A stretch of DNA of 64,000 nt, taken from Camelus dromedarius. Lineage: Eukaryota. The notes beneath the pieces were generated by a model that worked only from the letters and a program-made list of their open reading frames with translations, was not told the DNA's origin and did no database searches. Positions 12,150 to 25,127 of this stretch are shown piece by piece (the stretch's first letter is position 1; each line of letters begins with the position of its first letter). The DNA lies in the NCBI RefSeq assembly GCF_036321535.1, contig NC_087447.1:49912001-49976000 (forward strand). The letters run 5' to 3'. The translations under genes were made by a program, and so were the position numbers.

Positions 12150-14250
12150 TTTTTTTGAAGTATTTTGAAGTTGATACATACAGAAAAGTGTATAAATACA
12201 CATACACACACTTCAGATTTTCAGAGTGAACATACCTGCATAAGCAGAATCTCCATCAAGAAACAGCATTACAAGGACCCTAGAAGCTGCTTCATGTTCC
12301 TTTTTATTCAGGGCATCTCTAGCCAGACTAACCACTAGCTTGACTCACTGTACCATAGATTGACTTTGCATAATTTTGAACTTTATACAAATGGAATCAT
12401 ATGATATGTACGTTCTGTGTCCTGGCTTTTGTCCAACGTTGTGTTTGTGGAATTTACCCTTACCTGCATGTAATGTAGTCTTAGTTTATTTTTACTGCCA
12501 GTTGTATTCATTGTATGAATATGACTTCATTTATCCTTACTTTTGGCATTTTGTTAATTTCTAGTTTGGGATTATTACAGGTAATGCTTCCTGGAATATC
12601 CTAGTATGTGTTTCTTAATGAAGATTTTTTATGCATTTTTTTGGCAGTAAACCTAGCAGGAGTGTTATCACATCTCTTTCCCTACATCCTTGTCAGTGTT
12701 TGGTACTTTCTGTCCTTTGTGTTGTAGCCTTCTGAGTGGATATGTTGTAGAGTCTCCTTGCAGTTTTAATTTTGATCTCCCCTTAAGGCTGATGAAGTTG
12801 AACACAATTTCATATGTTCTTGCTTATTGGGATACACTCCTCTGTGAAGCATCTTTTGAAGTCTTTTGCCTCTCTCCCTCACCACCACCCACTTTTTTTT
12901 TTCTATCAGTTTGAGAATTTTTTAATAAGAGTTGTTTATATATTATAGATATGAATTTTTTGTTTGAAATATGCATTAAAATATATTCTTCTTTTGCTTG
13001 CTAGTTTACTCTTTCATGATGTCTTTACATGAACACAAGTTTCATTTTATCAGTCTTTTCTATTGAAGGCCTTTTTTTTTTTTAACATTTTTTGTTGATT
13101 TATAATCATTTTACAATGTTGTGTCAAATTCCAGTGTTCAGCACAATTTTTCAGTCATTCATGGACATATACACACTCATTGTCACATGTTTTTCTCTGT
13201 GAGTTATCATAACATTTTGTGTATATTTCCTATTGAAGGCCTTTTGTGTTCAGTTTTAAGAAATATTTGCAGTTGCATGTATCAGGAATTAATTTCTTTT
13301 TATTACTGAGTACTATTCCGCTGTATGTATATGTAATTTGTTTATACATTTACTTCTATGCTGGATTTGTTTCCTGTATTGAATTATTATGAACTTTGAG
13401 TACAAGTTCTTGTGTGGGCCTGTTGTCTTGGTTAAATAACTAGGAGTGGCATTGCTGAATGTATATAGTAAGAATGTGTTTAACTTTATGAAACTGTGAT
13501 GCTGTTTGGCCTTCCCACTAGCAGCATATGAAAGTTCCATTTACTCCACATCCAAACATTTTTCATTTTAGCTATCCTACTGGATGCATAGTTGTTTCTT
13601 ATTGTTCTAATTTGTGTTTCTCTGGTAACAGATGAGGTTGAACACATTTTCTTGTGCTTATCTGTTATCTGTATCTTTTCTCTGGTAAAATGTTTAGATC
13701 TTTTGGCTGTTTTTTTTTTTTTCCCCCCTGGGGGGCCAGGAGACTTTCTTATTATTGATGTCTAAGAGTTCTTTATATACTCTAGATACATGTCATTCAT
13801 CAGATAAGTGCTTCACATATTTTTCTCCTTGTCTCAGTAGTGTCTTTTGAGTGTATTCATCATTTCTTTTTAGATAAACCTTGTCTTATTTTAGAAATCT
13901 TCACTTAACCCAAGGTCACTTAAGATTTTCTCCTGTTTTCTTCTGGCATTTTTATCATATTAGTTCTTGTATTTACATCTGTGATCTGTTTGGGGTTACT
14001 TTTTGTGTATGGTGTGAACCTCCTGAACCACCCTCTGTCCACCCTCTGCGTTGTGGCCTGGAAACACTCCCCGCCCGGTAAGCTGGGGCGATATAGGGCT
14101 CACCTTGTTTCCTTTCTCTCAGAAATCACTGTCTAGCCTGCCCATTATCCAGTGTCTGAAACTGTTGTCATATATAATTTTGTGTGATTTTTTTAGTTGT
14201 TTACAGTGTGAAGGTAAGTCTCATATATGGTGTTCCATCAGTCAGAAATA
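12150..14250 (-). mobile_element. Mosaic of old L1 (L1ME/L1M) fragments
   Basis: gaactttatacaaatggaatcata, gatgaggttgaacacattttc, agttctttatatactctagatac motifs. Confidence 0.7.
13076..13229 (-). mobile_element. Young lineage-specific L1 3' end, 5'-truncated
   Basis: Perfect 16-bp TSD ctattgaaggcctttt at 13060-13075 and 13230-13245; poly(T) then ttgatttataatcattttacaatgttgtgtc. Confidence 0.88.
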
Positions 14251-15062
14251 GAAGTCTTTTTCCTGTGCTTTCTCACCCCTGTGCCTGTTGTTAGCAGAAT
14301 GTGCTTTTCCCGTCTCTGCTTGGTTCAGTTATTTTCCTTTAAAGACATACCTCTTTGGGACCTCAATATGACCTCTCTTTCGAGGCTTTTCTCTCTCTCT
14401 TCCAGAAATCTCTTGCTCCCATTTCTGTGTCCCCATAGTATTTTTGATGTCTTATTTTCCTGCTTAGTAGGTTTGGACTTTAGGGCAGGAACTTTACATT
14501 TTTATGTTAGTATCCGTCTCAGTGCCTAAGACAGTGCCTTATATGGCACTCGGTCTCTGACGGGCTCTCATCTAGGAAACGTGCATTACACATAATGCAT
14601 AAACTTTTTATCCCTAGTTTATCTGCATTGCATCCTTTTTTGGGTTCCTGTTCTCAGTATGTTTCAGACAGTTGAGATTGATGGATCATGTAATGGCAGA
14701 CAGAAAATCTGTTGTGTCAGAGTATATTTGGAATGTGAATAAAGTAGGCTATAGTTAACAAGTTTAAAATTTTTACATTATATGAAATAAAAGCTAGATT
14801 CAAAAATAATTTTGTAACTGTGATCTTACTTCATTTCAGTGATTTTAGGAAAAAAATAGTTTAAATTTAAAGGGATAGTTTTTTTGTTTTTTGTTTTGAA
14901 ATACCATCAGTTATTAAAGGGATAGGTTTTTATTCAGAGTGCCTTGTTTCATGCCTGGCCTTATTATTTACCAGCTCTGTAACCTTGTCCAATTACTTGG
15001 CTTCATCTCTAAGATAAAGTTAATAGTACTTATAACTATATTGATCTTTTACTGAGTTTTAA

Positions 15063-15123
15063 TAGGCTCCTTCCTAAGTTCTGCTGATGTTGCTGGTCTG
15101 TGGACCACACTTTATGTAGCAGG
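15063..15123. mobile_element. MER5-type hAT remnant
   Basis: tgctgatgttgctggtctgtggaccacacttt matches the recalled MER5A end. Confidence 0.55.
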
Positions 15124-15309
15124 GTTGTGTATGATGATCAGAAGAGTTGTAAAATTGAAATGATCTTATGAAAACAGAAATAAAATACCTTCTGTCTTAT
15201 TCCTATGACCCACCTTAATCTGAATGCTTCAGCTAAACAGGAATTCTTTTAGAACTAAGAGAAACTTAAATTCGCTTTAGTCTGTCTCACCTGGATTTAG
15301 ACCTTTGTT

Positions 15310-15441
15310 GTTGTTGTTGTTGTTGTTTGGGGGGGTGGTAATTAGGTTTATTTATTTATCTTTTTAACAGAAGTGCTGGGATTGAACCCAGGACCTTGTG
15401 CACGCTAAGCACGCACTCTACCACTGAGTTATACCCTCCCC
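15310..15441 (-). mobile_element. tRNA-Ala-derived SINE (camelid vic-1-like)
   Basis: Reverse complement GGGGAGGGTATAACTCAGTGGTAGAGTGCGTGCTTAGCGTGCACAAGGTCCTGGGTTCAATCCC has boxes A/B and an AGC anticodon loop; (CAA)n tail; TSD ttag[ac/gt]ctttgtt at 15297-15309 and 15442-15454. Confidence 0.88.
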
Positions 15442-15459
15442 TTAGGTCTTTGTTAATTT

Positions 15460-15725
15460 CTCCAGGTAATCTTTGCTGGCTCACCCCGCCTTCTCCTCCC
15501 ACCTCCACCCCTTCAGTTAGATGTACTACTCTGTGCTTCTGTAGCACCCAGTGTTTTTCCCTTATAGCTTTGTAATTGCTAGTCTGTCTCTTCCTCTAGA
15601 TGTAAGATCTCTAAGGGCAGGCACTGCCCAAGTACTCCGTTAAATACTCTTAGATTCCTTGGGCATGGTATAGTGAATGCCTGGGACTTAGTGAGCACTC
15701 AGTAAATATCTGCTGAGGGGATGAA
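15460..15725 (+). mobile_element. L2 3' end
   Basis: ctagatgtaagatctctaagggcagg...gcactcagtaaatatctgctga. Confidence 0.7.
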
Positions 15726-16239
15726 CCATAGTTATGGTTATCAGTCTATCGTTAAGGGCACCACTACTAAAGAATAAAGACTTCTGTAGCTTCTAGCCTA
15801 GTATTCTTTTGGGAAAACTGATATTCTTATGAGAGCTACTGAAAGTACACATTATTTGGCAGTGATTGTCAAAACTATCTGCATTCCACTACAGCTTGCA
15901 TATTGACATTTATACACGACAGTCTGAGTAGTGCCATTTAAAATCATGAGATATTATGAGCAAAGTCCATTTCCATAGGGTCTCTGTCAGAATGACTCCA
16001 AATAAATAGATAGCTGTTGTGTACAAACAAGACCTATTTTACGAGTTCTCATCTTCTGTGAAAAAGACACATTTCTGCAGTGCTTTGGAAGTATCATCAG
16101 CTTTTATATACTCAAATTGCCTGCTACTGGTAGCATGTATGTTTACATATCTTTTTCAAGGTCATCAGTTTTTAAAATGAAAACACTAGGATTTTAGAGG
16201 GGTGAGCAGCTTTTACCCTTTTCTAATAAGAGGAGCAAA

Positions 16240-16420
16240 AATAATAATGGCTGCAGTGTTTCAGTTACCATACCTGTCACTGTACAGATATGAGCTGTTT
16301 AATCACCACAGTAACTTTAGGAGGTAGGGACTATTATCATTTACGTTTACAACTGAGGAAACCCTAAATCAGGGTCAGAGACATTAAATACCTTACTGAA
16401 GTTCACACAACTAATGACAT
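16240..16420 (-). mobile_element. MIR
   Basis: gaggtagggactattatcatttacgtttacaactgaggaaac core. Confidence 0.65.
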
Positions 16421-16679
16421 GATGTGATTAAAATCTTTCTATTGCTTCTAAAACTCAATGTAATACACATTTTTATCAGTAGTATGATGTGTAAAGGCCA
16501 TGGAAGGTGTATTATTCTGGTGTGTGGTAAAAAGATAGGGAGATGTGATTCTTCAGTGGTGTTTTTGGTTGTGTTTTCCTCTTATGCTGATAGAGGGAGG
16601 TCCCAAGAAGTCTTATCACCAGCCTTGAAACAGGTGAACTTCTAAACAGTGATTTCTCTCCCATTTAAAAGACTAAGGT

Positions 16680-16915
16680 GTAATAATAAGTGCTCATATT
16701 TGTAGAATGCTTATTAGTGCCAGGCAATGCCATGTGTTTTCTATACTTTATCACATTTTATTCTTACTAATTATCCTATGAATTAAAGGTAGTGTTATCA
16801 TCCTCCTAGTAATAAAGATATTATATATTGTTATCCAATTTATAGGTGAGAAAACTGAGTTTCAGATGCCCAAAGCCACATAGCAAGTTATGACAGAGCC
16901 TATGTTCCAAGTTAC
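16680..16915 (-). mobile_element. MIR
   Basis: atccaatttataggtgagaaaactgag core. Confidence 0.65.
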
Positions 16916-17764
16916 TGGTGCCCAACGATGCTGCACGGGAAGACTGTAGGATTTTGTAAATATCTGTTCTAGCATCCGGTCAGAAGTAGCACATTCGTGT
17001 GTCCCCTCCAGGAAGGATGGTAATGCTCAAGCTGAGTATGTATTTGCCAGGATAGGTCACAATTGTTGATTTTTTAACACTGACTCCGTACTTCAGGAGC
17101 TTTCCTCCCACTTTTATATATGTTTTTGAGATGAGTATTATTTTGTATTTCCCTGAGCTCTTAGAATCACAGGCAGGTTAAGATCTATAATGTTGACACT
17201 TTGGGCTCGAGTTTAAGCAGGAGAAACAGTGCTGCTGTTCGCTGCACTTTTCTGTCAGAAATTCCTAAACATATTTCCTTCCAAATTAATATCTGCCTTT
17301 CCAAAGTTTTGGGGCCTGAGGACAATTTTCCCCTGGGATTTATTAAAGTTTCTTTATTTTCGGTTGTTAGCATTGTACGCAGCTTGTGAAAGGCAGTAAA
17401 AGACAGACAGCTTGGTGGTGGGGAGGGCAAAGGTGGGTTCTGAGTAAACCTCACATTTTCTTTTCAGAATGATTCATTTTTTTAATATATTTGTAATGAT
17501 TTATTGGATTGTAGGAAAGTTAAACTATCATATTTTAATCTCCACATTTTTCAATGAAAGATGTGGATGCATAGAAATAAGCCACTGACAATTTTATTTT
17601 GGTTTGTCATCATGTTTTCTCCACTTACTCCCCAAAATCATTGGAAATGGCATTTACAAAAAATACATTTACAATTAGATAGTTCAACATAGAAGTGAAA
17701 GGAAGTCATAAGGCATGTAAAGGAAGTGGGAACAATATTGAGTATGTGTATATGTGTGCACGTG

Positions 17765-19300
17765 CCTTTGTCAGTTCTTTTAGTCATCACTATGGAGCAC
17801 CTACGAAGAATCAGCCATTGTGTAAGATGTTAGAAACAGAATGGCAGATGTGATAGTTTTATGACAGAGATATGTAGAGAGTGCCATAGGAACAGAAGAT
17901 GAGCATCTGGAAATCAGAACACCAGATAAGTATCACCAGGAAGTGATACTTGGGCTGAGTCTGGAAAAATATGTAGTAGATAGTTGGGGGAGGTGAGACT
18001 TTCCAGGTAGAGGGAACAGTTATACAGAGGCATGGAAGTAGATTAGAAAATTGCAGGTAATTTTAATAAATCTTCAATTCTCAGTACCTTTGAGTAAGGG
18101 TCCATAGAACAGGCTACAGAAGTTAAGAATGACCTTATCATAAAGGTAGTTATGTTGAAAAGTTTGGAGATCTATAGAAGTAACTTAAGCAAGTTTCTCA
18201 AAGACAAAAAGTAGATAGGACTGTATTGATGACTGTAATATAGAATGGAGATTAGATATATGTTTTAGAAAATTCTCTTTGAAGAGTTAAGGATAGAGAG
18301 TTGTCAGTTAGGTTATTACAGTAATCTAAGCAGTATGTAATTAAAATCTAAACAGTTTGGAAATGTAGAGGGAAGAGGGAGTGTGTAGGTTCATGAGATA
18401 TTTAATGATTGACTCTACTTTTTTTTTTTTCTTGAGGTATCATCAGTTTACAATGTGTCAGTTTCTGGTGTACAACACAGTGTTTCAGTCATACATGAAC
18501 ATACATATATTCGTTTTCAGATTCTTTTTCACCATAAGTTATTACAAGATATTGAATATAGTTCCCTGTGCTATACAGTATGAACTTGTAGTTTATTTGG
18601 TTTTGTGAGAACCCTCCTGCATTTTGAAGTGAGAGCCACTCTGCCAGAGTTTAGTAGGTGTTCTGTGTGATTCAGTGGGTTTGTAGATATAATTCTTGGT
18701 GTATTTGTGGGAGAGGGTGTGCTGAGTCTCTCTACTCCACCATCTTGGCATCTCCCCCTAGATTGACTTTACTAATGGCTTAGTGGATTGGAGGAAAGAG
18801 AAGAGTTTAGATAGTTTCCAATTTCTGGTTTGGACTAGTGGCCAGATAATTAAACCATTCATCAAGACAAATATTGGAGGAGAAGCAAATGTCGTGGCAA
18901 AGGAAGAAAGGGGAAGAATTAAGACTTCCAATTTTCAGTAATTACCTAATGGGTAAGATAGTAAACAAGAAACCGACAACTAAATTAAATATCAGATTGT
19001 GGCAAGTACTAGAAATAAGCTGTGGTGATAGAAGTTAACTATGGGAGACCATTTTTACAGATACTGCGCAGAAAAGGTTTGCTTGAGGAGCTCAGTTTTG
19101 CAATATAAGAATTGCTGGGATACCAACAAAGGGTACAGCATATGAAAGGGCTTAGACATGGGGAGCACCTGGATTACAAGTTAGAAAGGCGGCCACTGTG
19201 CTGGAATGTGATTTGTTAGAAAGAGAGTAGTATGACAGGGGGATGGGAAAAGAAGGAATTCACAGAGTATAAGTGAAGATATTTGCCTTATCCATTGAAT
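17765..19300 (-). mobile_element. L2 fragments, interrupted by the element at 18420-18758
   Basis: gagcacctac.., ttccaggtagagggaacag, gtttctggtttggactagtg motifs. Confidence 0.65.
18420..18758 (-). mobile_element. Bipartite L1-derived short element, copy 2 (L1 5'UTR 18597-18758 joined to L1 3' end 18420-18596)
   Basis: Reverse complement starts GGGGGAGATGCCAAGATGGTGGAGTAG and ends in poly(A). TSD gattgact[c/t]tact at 18407-18419 and 18761-18773. Confidence 0.85.
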
Positions 19301-19654
19301 AGGAGAAGGCTAAGAAAATGGCATAGAGGCAGGTGTGTTAGGTGTGTTTATGTATTAGGTTGTAGGTAGAAATATGAGGGAATCCTGTTATTTCAAGGTA
19401 GTAGAAGTGAGGTAATTGGTATGTTGGATTTAGGGCAGCTTTAAGGACTGGGGGGAATATATGGAATAGTGATCTCCAAGAATGAGAAAACAAACTATTT
19501 GAGGCAATTGTAGTAGGACTGCTGGATGTTGTGCCTGTTTGTGCTGTGTGGTTGTTATTTTTAAAGTAAAATCAATCAGACTGGTTGTGTAATTTTCTCT
19601 ACGTACTTGGAGCTTCATGGAGGCAGCTTGAGAGATTGCAATTATTCAATAAAA

Positions 19655-19805
19655 GTGAAATTATCCCCATTTTACAGAAGAGGAAAATGAAATTCAGGGA
19701 AGTTAAGACTTGTCTAGAGTCCTGAAAGTAGCATAGATAGAATATTAGCCCAGATCTTTCTGATTCCTAAGGCCGTGGCTTTCTGGTACAGTACACTGCC
19801 TCCCA
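19655..19805 (-). mobile_element. MIR
   Basis: ttatccccattttacagaagaggaaaatgaa core. Confidence 0.75.
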
Positions 19806-20679
19806 TAGTATCTGCCTATTGTATTTGAGCACTAATAACTCTGACCCAGCTGTCAAGCTAATTGTGTCGAGTTATGAAAGGTATCAGTTGCTTCCTTTTG
19901 CCTGTTATAAGGAAGTATATCAGTTCTTTAGGGAGAAAAAAATCTCTCTTGGCACTATATTCCAAGAGGAATTTAGCATGCAGTTTCTTATGTGCTAGAT
20001 ATTAAATATCATAATGAAATACAGTCAATTGCAATTTTGCAAAAGTTACAGCAAGAAATATCTATTAACCCTTGAGAAGGGCAGCATCATAAATCATAGT
20101 AGAGAAAAGGCATTTCTGTAAGGAAAGAAAGTAAAATAGTCAAAGTATATTGCGTTTTGGTCATCTGCCTTGATGTAGAAAACTTAGAAGAATGGCAGTG
20201 TCTTGGTTTTAGCTGTAATTTTGACAGGAGCTGGCCATTGGCCAGTCTGAGACCAAACTCTGGTGAGAGAGAGGCTAAAGAGTCTGTGTTTTGTTTTGTT
20301 GATTGAAGCAGGATTCATATTCTTTAGCTATTCAGTTTACAGGAGACAGCATTGACATTTGGTTGTTAAAATTAAAGTGCCTGTCTTGAGTTCTTGCTGA
20401 GCAGAGGGGCCATGGTGTATGCATGGACAGGGCCAAGCATTTCAGAAAGCAGTTTTGGAATATCGTAAACCAAGCACATGTATTTGCTTTCTCTCCCTCT
20501 CAGTGATCCATTGATATGATGGTAAAGATACATGCGTAAACAATAAATCTTTGGTGATGGTGAAAATGAAAGAGGGTGCCATCGGAATAGCAAAGATTCT
20601 TGACTCAGTTCTCAGAGACACAATAGAATAGATAGAATTGTGTTGATGAATAGACTGGAATAGAGACACACTGATGCCT

Positions 20680-22160
20680 AGAACACAAATGAAACAGACT
20701 GCAGTGGGTGTTTCTGGTAGAGCTCTCAGAGGCCTCAACTTGGAATTCCCAAGTATGGAAATCGGGAATGGTGGAGCAATACTTAGGGTAACCGGCCTAC
20801 TGGCCCACTTTCTTTCCTTTGTGAATTTGGGGTAACTTCCTATAACATTTGCTTCAACTGCTTTCTGAACATAATGGTCAGGACTTGGTTGGGCCCCATG
20901 GTGTGAGATTTTGGCATAGAAAGATGGAGCAGAGCCCAACTGTGGAGTTTTGCAACCCACTCAGAGGGAAACATGAAAGGAGTGAAATACCCTAAAGTAA
21001 CATAATCCCAGAGTAAAGTTCTCTTTATTTGACACTTGTAGTGGCTTAAAGTAAAAGTGCTGCCTCCTCCCAGCATATACCCTGAAGGAAAGCCTAATTG
21101 TCAGCAAGGCCTGCCTGCTTAACGCCAGGCAGGCATTCTGGGGAAAGTTAGGAAATTTGAAGAATGTGTTGCATTGAAAGTAATCACGGCCGCAGCAAAA
21201 CCCAAATCCAGTCAGTTCCTGATTATATTGACTCAGCCACCCAAATTAACAGTAGAAGAAGCGTGTCCTTTTCTTTCTCCACTGCCCTGCAAATGATGTT
21301 CAGTAAGTATTCAATCAAAAATTTTGAGACAAGAAAAGCAAATCAAAACAAAACAAAAAACCGTCACTACCACCACCACCACCACCAACAAAAGGTTGAC
21401 AAAAGAAGAAATTAACAGAAAAAGACTTAGAGATGACTCAGATATAGGGTCTATCAGAGAGGGAATTTAAAATAACTAGCATTAATATGCTTCAGACTTT
21501 TGTAAAAAGGTGGATAACATATACAAACAGATGATAAATTTCGGCTGAGAGATGGAGACTGTAAGAAACAGTCTAATGGATATGCTGTAAACCACAAACA
21601 CAGTAATAGAGGTGAAGAGTGCCTTTGACAAACTCATTGGTAGATTCAACACAACTAAGGAAAGAATCATTGAACTTGAAGATAAATCAGTAGAAATTAC
21701 CCAAACTGAAGTGCAAAGAGAACTCTTTGACATGAGACTAAGATCATTTATTATCAGTAGTCCTATATATCATGAAATGTTAAAGGAAATTCTTCAGGAG
21801 AAGAAATACCAGACAGAAACTTGGCTCTACATCCAAAAAAATTAAGAGCTCCAGAAATGATTGAAAGGAAGTTGTTACAAAGAAATTTTTTCTTATTTTT
21901 AATGCTCTGGAAGACAATTGATTTTCTAATGCAAAAATAAGTGTTTTGGGATTTATACATGAAGCAAAATTTGTGAAGTATTTAAAGAGTGGGGAAGGGA
22001 AGAATTGGGAGTGTACTGTTCTCAGAATTTTATACTGTACGTGAAGTGGTATAATATTATTTGAAGGTAGATTGTTATTAATTAAAGTTACATGTTGTAA
22101 ACTGTGGGGCAACCATTAACATTTTTAAAGGGAGGTAAGAATAAGCCAGTAGTGAAGAAA
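20680..22160 (+). mobile_element. Old L1 5' region and ORF1 remnant
   Basis: ORF 21612..21845 (MKSAFDKLIGRFNTTKERIIELEDKSVEITQTEVQRE) resembles the L1 ORF1p coiled coil. Confidence 0.75.
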
Positions 22161-23384
22161 GTGTATTTTTTTTAAGAAAATGTATTTTTAAATTTTATTT
22201 TACTTTCTTCACTTTACAAGGATTTTCCTTTTTGTTTCCTTTTGGTCATGTAATATATTCTAAAGATCTTCAAAACTAAAGAAGATGCATAACATTTACA
22301 TTTTGAAACCCAGATCCGTGTTGGTCCTATTTGTGATTTCACTAGTAGTGCTAGAATTGAGGCAGTCTCTTATCTGGGATGAAGAATGACATTGTGAACT
22401 TCCGTAGTGGTGGAAGAATTCATGTGTTTTCTGGTAAAAGTACATGGGGTTGGGGAGGGAGGTTGTCAACCTAAATGTCTTCTGTAATCATTGAGGGTAA
22501 AATTTGGGGAGGAATTATATTGGGGCTAAAGAAGATAGATTGTGTTCCTTGATTAATTTCTATATGGGAGACAGAGTTAGCACTTACTGGTCATTTAAAT
22601 ACAGTTGAGAGTAGAGTGCTTAGAATATATTGATAAAATTACTTAGGTTTGTGAATTTAGTGCTAGGGTCCAACTGTGTTTTGATCAATTAACCTCCTCC
22701 TTATTCCTCCCTAGAGAAGACGTGCAGAAGAGTTTAGGGCACCTTTTCCTGTTGGATCACAGACTATGAAACTAAACTGCTTTGTGAGATCTAGAACTTA
22801 GTGTATCAGGATCTAAGACTGTTTCTCTGTGCTTTTAGGACCTTTGGAGTTTTCAGGCTTCGATTACCAAGAACCTTAGGCAGGTTCATTTTCTTAGAGT
22901 AGAAAGATGTAAAAGAATTTTATGATCACATAACTGAAAGTGGAGGTTCCAAAAGCTGATATAAATATAAAAAGTCAGGCATATCAACACAAATATTAAT
23001 CATTGCAGTGCTAAAGCAAACACTTAAAGGAAATTAAATGTCTTGTATTGGAACTGAGGTATTGATGTATCAGTTAAAATGTGGAATATTCGTATAATTT
23101 AACATCATGGAGTTAAATTTTACATAACCATTATAACTTAGACCATCTGTCAACATGTAATAATGCTTGTGACATAATATGGAAAAATCAGAGTATACAT
23201 TTCCTGTGCAATGTGATTGTAACTAAAACTAACTTATATTTATGAAGAAGATGAAGCTTCATAAAAAATGACTTATAAATTAACTATGTTATAGTAGTCG
23301 ATATGCAGGTAATTTTTCCCACTCTACTTTTCATATTTTCAGTAATGTTATATAGCGTATGTGGTTGAAAACAAATTAACCACT

Positions 23385-23575
23385 TTTTAAAATATATATA
23401 TGTTTTAGAGCAGTTTGGGGTTCATGGCAAAATTGAGTAGGAGGTACAGATTTCCCATGTACTCCCAACCCCAATCTGTTCCTCCCTCATTATCAACACT
23501 CCCCTACTGGAGTGGTACACATGTTAAAATTGATGAACTTTAGTGAATCATGGTTAACACCCAGAGCCCATAGCC
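23385..23575 (-). mobile_element. L1MC1/2-type 3' end fragment
   Basis: ttttagagcagtttggggttcatggcaaaattgagtaggaggtacaga. Confidence 0.7.
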
Positions 23576-23828
23576 AGTTTTTTAAAAAAATGAAGTTGTC
23601 TGAAGTTTGAAGTCTCATCAGGGTTTCCTGGTCGGAAATCTATAGACAGAGAATCTTAGACTCTTGCTCTTTGATTCTGGCTAGATGCTGTATAAAAATG
23701 GAACCGATAGGGAAGTTTATTTTAGTTAATGCCCTCAGAAGACCTCTATACCCAACCCACTTTGCGTTTTAACTCTTTTTATTTCCATCTCACAGTCAGG
23801 GGACTGGGCTCTGCCTGTTTGGTTGTGA

Positions 23829-23972
<144 letters not shown>

Positions 23973-24659
23973 TAAGTGGAATGCTGATAATAGTTGTTTT
24001 GAATGTAGAGTTTACTTGGAGGATAGGATTTGCAAAAGGAGTATTTTTTTAAAGCTGCTGATATTAATTTATATTCCACACACCTGAGTGTCACATTCAT
24101 TTATTCAACACCTACTGTGTGTCATGCACTGTGCTAGAGGCGGTTAGGAGAGGTCCTAGTGTGTGGTCATAATCAGAAACGTGGACACTGTTCTAGTTTT
24201 CAAGGCCACGGCATCGTGACTTAATACTTGCACCTTCCCTTCTTCCTGTCTTCTAGTGTAGCTTACAGTTTTTCTTCAGTAGTTCTTCAAACTCACTCCC
24301 GTGAGCTCATTTGGCTGACCTCAGCAGCTCCCAGATTCTCTCTCTCCAGCTTTCCAGTTCATCCTCCATGTTGCTGTCAGACCTCTCCTCTTAAAATACT
24401 ATTTTTACCATTATTTTTTTCTTTTCTTAAGAATCAATGATGATTGTTTTGCTTCACTTTCAAAACCATCAATAAATTAGCCCCATACAACTACAGCTAA
24501 TTTCATTCACTGCACGACATTCATTTAACAAATGCTAATAGTTTTTTCCCTTTGTTTTTTCCAGCACATGCTTAACTTGTTGCCACCTCTGTTCTTTTCC
24601 GCATCTTCATTCACTCTTCCTATAAAGTCATCTTATTCTGCATTTTTCTTAGCAATTGA

Positions 24660-24805
24660 GAGTCCAAGAATGTTAGACCTGGAAAGTACTGTGGAGATAT
24701 GTAATCTTATCGTCTCAGTCTGCAGATAAGAAAACAGAGCTCCAGGAAGTTACATGAGGAAAGCAGGACTAGATCCCTTTCAGTCTTCAGTGCTCTTTCA
24801 TCGTA
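24660..24805 (-). mobile_element. MIR
   Basis: gcagataagaaaacagagctccagg core. Confidence 0.5.
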
Positions 24806-25127
24806 CTACCACTTTTACGTTCCACTTTGACCTGCTGTTTCTCCTCTATTTCCTCTTTTTCTTAAATTGCTGACACAGTTGAGTAGATAGTATGCTCTAC
24901 GGGTGTTTTAGCTGTTGGTCATGTTTTTAAGTAGTTCAGGAGAAGAGCTGCACCATCTCATCCACAGCTTTTTGCTCTGTTCTTTTTATTCTATTATTTT
25001 TCTAATATGGTAGCAGGTCATTTTTTGAGTAGTTATAATATCTGTGGTTGTAAGTGAAAATAAAATACTTTTTTGAGGAAATACCATATGGATATTTCCT
25101 GAAAACAAATTTACCTCAGGTTGAACG

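Noticed and set aside
15131..15223. C/D-box snoRNA (ATGATGA ... CTGA, ~93 nt)
   Set aside because: No convincing terminal stem and no recognisable rRNA/snRNA guide; such motif pairs are common by chance.
15365..15441. tRNA-Ala(AGC) gene on the minus strand
   Set aside because: It has a SINE-type extra 5' G-run, a non-tRNA 3' body, a simple-repeat tail and a TSD, so it is a SINE.
20442..20960. Longest ORF (172 aa, minus strand) as a novel gene
   Set aside because: No recognisable protein similarity, and it overlaps L1 5' remnant sequence antisense; likely a chance ORF.
22446..22463. G-quadruplex
   Set aside because: Only three G3+ tracts plus a GG.
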